Source of the DNA: the human T2T-CHM13v2.0 reference genome, Homo sapiens
Length of the DNA: 64,000 nt
Reading direction: 5' to 3' (one strand)
NCBI RefSeq assembly: GCF_009914755.1
Contig: NC_060925.1
In this document: in pieces, positions 59,001 through 64,000 of the stretch
Position numbering within the stretch: position 1 is the stretch's first letter
How the letters are laid out: each line of letters opens with the position of its first letter
Position numbers and translations under genes: made by a program
The notes under the pieces: generated by a model
Seen by the model: the letters and a program-made list of their open reading frames with translations, nothing else
Told to the model about the DNA's origin: nothing
Databases searched by the model: none

Positions 59001-62000
59001 CGAATGGAATTATGATCAAATGGAATCGAATGTAATCATCATCAAATGGAATCAAAAATAACCATCATCAATTGGTATTGAATGGAATTGTCATCAAATG
59101 GAATTCAAAGGAATCATCATCAAATGGAACCGAATGGAATCCTCATTGAATGGAAATGAAAGGGGTCATCATCTAATGGAATCGCATGGAATCATCATCA
59201 AATGGAATCGAATGGAATCATCATCAAATGGAATCTAATGGAATCATTGAACAGAATTGAATGGAATGGTCATTGAATGAATTGAATGCAATCATCGAAT
59301 GGTCTCGAATGGAATCATCTTCTAATGGAAAGGAATGGAATCATCGCATAGAATCGAATGGAATTATCATCGAATGGAATCGAATGGTATCAACACCAAA
59401 CGGAAAAAAACGGAATTATCGAATGGAATCGAAGAGAATCTTCGAACGGACCCGAATGGAATCATCTAATGGAATAGAATGGAATAATCCATGGACTCGA
59501 ATGCAATCATCATCGAATGGAATCGAATGGAATCATCGAATGGACTCGAATGGAATAATCATTGAACAGAATCGAATGGAATCATCATCAGATGGAAACG
59601 AATGGAATCATCATCGAATGGAAATGAAAGGAGTCATCATCTAATGGAATTGCATGGAATCATCATAAAATGGAATCGAATGGAATCAACATCAAATGGA
59701 ATCAAATGGAATCATTGAACGGAATTGAATGGAATCGTCATCGAATGAATTGACTGCAATCATCGAATGGTCTCGGAATCATCTTCAAATGGAATGGAAT
59801 GGAATCATCGCATAGAATCGAATGGAATTATCATCAAATGGAATCGAATGGAATCAACATCAAACGGAAAAAAACGGAATTATCGAATGGAATCGAAGAG
59901 AATCATCGAATGGACCCGAATGGAATCATCTAATGGAATGGAATGGAATAATCCATGGACTCGAATGCAATCATCATCGAATGGAATCGAATGGAATCAT
60001 CGAATGAACTCGAATGGAATCATCATTGAATGGAATCGAATGGAATCATCGAGTGGAATCGAATGGAATTATGATCAAATGGAATCGAATGTAATCATCA
60101 TCAAATGGAATCAAAAATAACCATCATCAATTGGTATTGAATGGAATTGTCATCAAATGGAATTCAAAGGAATCATCATCAAATGGAACCGAATGGAATC
60201 CTCATTGAATGGAAATGAAAGGGGTCATCATCTAATGGAATCGCATGGAATCATCATCAAATGGAATCGAATGGAATCATCATCAAATGGAATCTAATGG
60301 AATCATTGAACAGAATTGAATGGAATCGTCATCGAATGAATTGAATGCAATCATCGAATGGTCTCGAATGGAATCATCTTCTAATGGAAAGGAATGGAAT
60401 CATCGCATAGAATCGAATGGAATTATCATCGAATGGAATCGAATGGTATCAACACCAAACGGAAAAAAACGGAATTATCGAATGGAATCGAAGAGAATCT
60501 TCGAACGGACCCGAATGGAATCATCTAATGGAATGGAATGGAATAATCCATGGACTCGAATGCAATCATCATCGAATGGAATGGAATGGAATCATCGAAT
60601 GGACTCGAATGGAATAATCATTGAACGGAATCGAATGGAATCATCATCGGATGGAAACGAATGGAATCATCATCGAATGGAAATGAAAGGAGTCATCATC
60701 TAATGGAATTGCATGGAATCATCATAAAATGGAATCGAATGGAATCAACATCAAATGGAATCAAATGGAATCATTGAACGGAATTGAATGGAATCGTCAT
60801 CGAATGAATTGACTGCAATCATCGAATGGTCTCGAATGGAATCAACTTCAAATGGAATGGAATGGAATCATCGAATAGAATCGAATGGAATTATCATCGA
60901 ATGGAATCAACATCAAACGGAAAAAAACGGAATTATCGAATGGAATCGAAGAGAATCATCGAAGGGACCCGAACGGAATCATCTAATGGAATGGAATGGA
61001 ATAATCCATGGACTCGAATGCAATCATCATCGAATGGAATCGAATGGAATCATCGAATGGACTCGAATGGAATAATCATTGAACGGAAACGAATGGAATC
61101 ATCATCGGATGGAAATGAATGGAATCATCATCGAATGGAATCGAATAGAATTATGGAATGAAATCCAGTGTGATCATCATCGAATGGACCCGAATGGAAT
61201 CATCATCCAACGGAAGCTAATGGAATCAACATCGAATGAATCGAATGGAAACACCATCGAATTGAAACGAATGGAATTATCATGAAATTGAAATGGATGG
61301 ACTCATCATCGAATGGATTCGAATGGAATCATCGAATAAAATTGATTGAAATCATCATCGAATGGAATCGAATGGTATCATTGATTGGAATCGAATGGAA
61401 TCATCATCAGATGGAAATGAATGGAATCGTCATAGAATGGAATCGAATGGATTCATTGAATGGAATCAGATGGAATCATCGAATGGACTGGAATGGAATC
61501 ATTGAATGGACTCGAAAGGGATCATGATTGAATGGAATTGAATGGAATCATCGAATGGTCTCGATTGGAATCATTATCAAATGGAATCGAATGGAATCAC
61601 CGAATAGAATCGAATGGAACAATCATCGAATGGACTCAAATGGAATTATCCTCCAATGGAATCGAATGGAATTATCGAATGCAATCGAATGGAATTATCG
61701 AATGCAATCGAATAGAATCATCGAATGGACTCGAATGGAATCATCGAATGGAATGGAATGGAACAGTCAATGAACTCGAATGGAATCATCATTGAATGGA
61801 ATCGAATGGAATCATCGAGTGGAATCGAATGGAATTATGATCAAATGGAATCGAATGTAATCATCATGAAATGGAATCAAAAATAACCATCATCAATTGG
61901 TATTGAATGGAATTGTCATCAAATGGAATTCAAAGGAATCATCATCAAATGGAACCGAATGGAATCCTCATTGAATGGAAATGAAAGGGGTCATCATCTA

Positions 62001-63857
62001 ATGGAATCGCATGGAATCATCATCAAATGGAATCGAATGGAATCATCATCAAATGGAATCTAATGGAATCATTGAACAGAATTGAATGGAATGGTCATCG
62101 AATGAATTGAATGCAATCATCGAATGGTCTCGAATGGAATCATCTTCTAATGGAAAGGAATGGAATCATCGCATAGAATCGAATGGAATTATCATCGAAT
62201 GGAATCGAATGGTATCAACACCAAACGGAAAAAAACGGAATTATCGAATGGAATCGAAGAGAATCTTCGAACGGACCCGAATGGAATCATCTAATGGAAT
62301 GGAATGGAACAATCCATGGACTCGAATGCAATCATCATCGAATGGAATCGAATGGAATCATCGAATGGACTCGAATGGAATAATCATTGAACGGAATCGA
62401 ATGGAATCATCATCGGATGGAAACGAATGGAATCATCATCGAATGGAAATGAAAGGAGTCATCATCTAATGGAATTGCATGGAATCATCATAAAATGGAA
62501 TCGAATGGAATCAACATCAAATGGAATCAAATGGAATCATTGAACGGAATTGAATGGAATCGTCATCGAATGAATAGACTGCAATCATCGAATGGTCTCG
62601 GAATCATCTTCAAATGGAATGGAATGGAATCATCGCATAGAATCGAATGGAATTATCATCGAATGGAATCGAATGGAATCAACATCAAACGGAATAAAAC
62701 GGAATTATCGAATGGAATCGAAGAGAATCATCGAATGGACCCGAATGGAATCATCTAATGGAATGGAATGGAATAATCCATGGACTCGAATGCAATCATC
62801 ATCGAATGGAATCGAATGGAATCATCGAATGGACTCGAATGGAATAATCATTGAACGGAATCGAATGGAATCATCATCGGATGGAAACGAATGGAATCAT
62901 CATCGAATGGAATCGAATAGAATTATGGAATGAAATCCAGTGTGATCATCATCGAATGGACCCGAATGGAATCATCATCCAACGGAAGCTAATGGAATCA
63001 ACATCGAATGAATCGAATGGAAACACCATCGAATTGAAACGAATGGAATTATCATGAAATTGAAATGGATGGACTCATCATCGAATGGATTCGAATGGAA
63101 TCATCGAATAAAATTGATTGAAATCATCATCGAATGGAATCGAATGGTATCATTGAATGGAATCGAATGGAATCATCATCAGATGGAAATGAATGGAATC
63201 GTCATAGAATGGAATCGAATGGATTCATTGAATGGAATCAGATGGAATCATCGAATGGACTGGAATGGAATCATTGAATGGACTCGAAAGGGATCATGAT
63301 TGAATGGAATTGAATGGAATCATCGAATGGTCTCGATTGGAATCATTATCAAATGGAATCGAATGGAATCACCGAATAGAATCGAATGGAACAATCATCG
63401 AATGGACTCAAATGGAATTATCCTCAAATGGAATCGAATGGAATTATCGAATGCAATCGAATGGAATTATCGAATGCAATCGAATAGAATCATCGAATGG
63501 ACTCGAATGGAATCATCGAATGGAATGGAATGGAACAGTCAATGAACTCGAATGGAATCATCATTGAATGGAATCGAATGGAATCATCGAGTGGAATCGA
63601 ATGGAATTATGATCAAATGGAATCGAATGTAATCATCATCAAATGGAATCAAAAATAACCATCATCAATTGGTATTGAATGGAATTGTCATCAAATGGAA
63701 TTCAAAGGAATCATCATCAAATGGAACCGAATGGAATCCTCATTGAATGGAAATGAAAGGGGTCATCATCTAATGGAATCGCATGGAATCATCATCAAAT
63801 GGAATCGAATGGAATCATCATCAAATGGAATCTAATGGAATCATTGAACAGAATTGA
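50067..63857. repeat. 4597-bp higher-order trimer (1059+1766+1772) x3
   Basis: Landmarks at 50067/51126/52892, 54664/55723/57489 and 59261/60320/62086, with the next at 63858. Variants shared by all three copies: TTGAACAGAATC, CATCAGATGGAAAC, CGAAGGGACC, CATTGATTGG. Confidence 0.92.
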
Positions 63858-64000
63858 ATGGAATCGTCATCTAATGAATTGAATGCAATCATCGAATGGT
63901 CTCGAATGGAATCATCTTCTAATGGAAAGGAATGGAATCATCGCATAGAATCGAATGGAATTATCATCGAATGGAATCGAATGGTATCAACACCAAACGG

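Larger units (their letters stand above)
1..64000. repeat. Human Satellite II (HSat2/HSATII) tandem array, ~1.77-kb-unit family (HSat2A-like, probably 1q12 pericentromeric heterochromatin); GAATG strand on +, CATTC strand on -
   Basis: Continuous GAATGGAATC/ATCATCGAATG motifs with dense TCGA from first to last base. The ATC insertions and CG content distinguish it from pure (GGAAT)n HSat3. 1776-bp periodicity of landmarks (e.g. 4779, 6555, 8331, 10107). One GAATTC per unit, consistent with the known 1.77-kb EcoRI chr1 Sat2 fragment. Chromosome assignment is from prior knowledge, not a search. Confidence 0.97.

Noticed and set aside
12-63567. Hundreds of 60-163 aa ORFs (MESSSNGIEWN…), all on the + strand
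   Set aside because: They are translations of the pentamer repeat: GGAAT frames give M-E-W-N-G with few stops, while the - strand is full of TGA from (ATC)n. They overlap in several frames, recur with the repeat period, and are freely broken by 4- and 10-bp indels and stop-gain SNPs. Any database hits would likely be spurious satellite-derived predictions.
1-64000. CRISPR-like or phage/bacterial repeat-spacer system
   Set aside because: There are no unique spacers or constant-length direct repeats, and no cas or other genes; the sequence between motifs is itself repeated in every unit.
1-64000. HSat3 (DYZ1 or chr9-type) or telomeric/microsatellite identity
   Set aside because: Pure GGAAT runs are at most 3-4 copies. 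The ATCATCGAATG motif and the 1776-bp period indicate HSat2; a 3.55-kb spacing here is just two units.
1-64000. Strand inversion or transposon (Alu/L1) insertion within the array
   Set aside because: I saw no CATTC-strand segment, poly-A tail or non-satellite sequence. The 40 unit lengths sum exactly to the landmark span (62635 bp), leaving no room for an insert.

Overview
The whole 64-kb window is one uninterrupted, single-orientation array of human Satellite II (HSat2/HSATII): diverged GGAAT/GAATG pentamers interleaved with ATCATCGAATG motifs, very rich in TCGA. The purine-rich GAATG strand is on + throughout. The basic unit is 1776 bp with one EcoRI site and an internal ~468-bp tandem duplication (sub-units A and B). 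This matches the classic 1.77-kb HSat2A repeat of chromosome 1q12; that placement is an inference. Using a recurring landmark (the pseudo-ORF start at 1223, 2999, 4779 ... 62086, 63858) I count 40 complete units: 17x1776, 5x1772, 5x1766, 7x1059, 4x1063, 1x1780 and 1x1308 bp. These variants form local higher-order blocks of 2835 bp x2, 6377 bp x2 and 4597 bp x3, plus dispersed duplications at offsets of 8884, 9943 and 4615 bp. I see no genes, RNA genes, transposon insertions, CRISPR arrays or inversions, and all listed ORFs are translation artefacts of the satellite. I found no credible novel coding system. The interesting signal is the readable record of satellite turnover (nascent HORs, recombinant units, conversion tracts) and candidate DUX4 motifs whose dosage changes with unit type.
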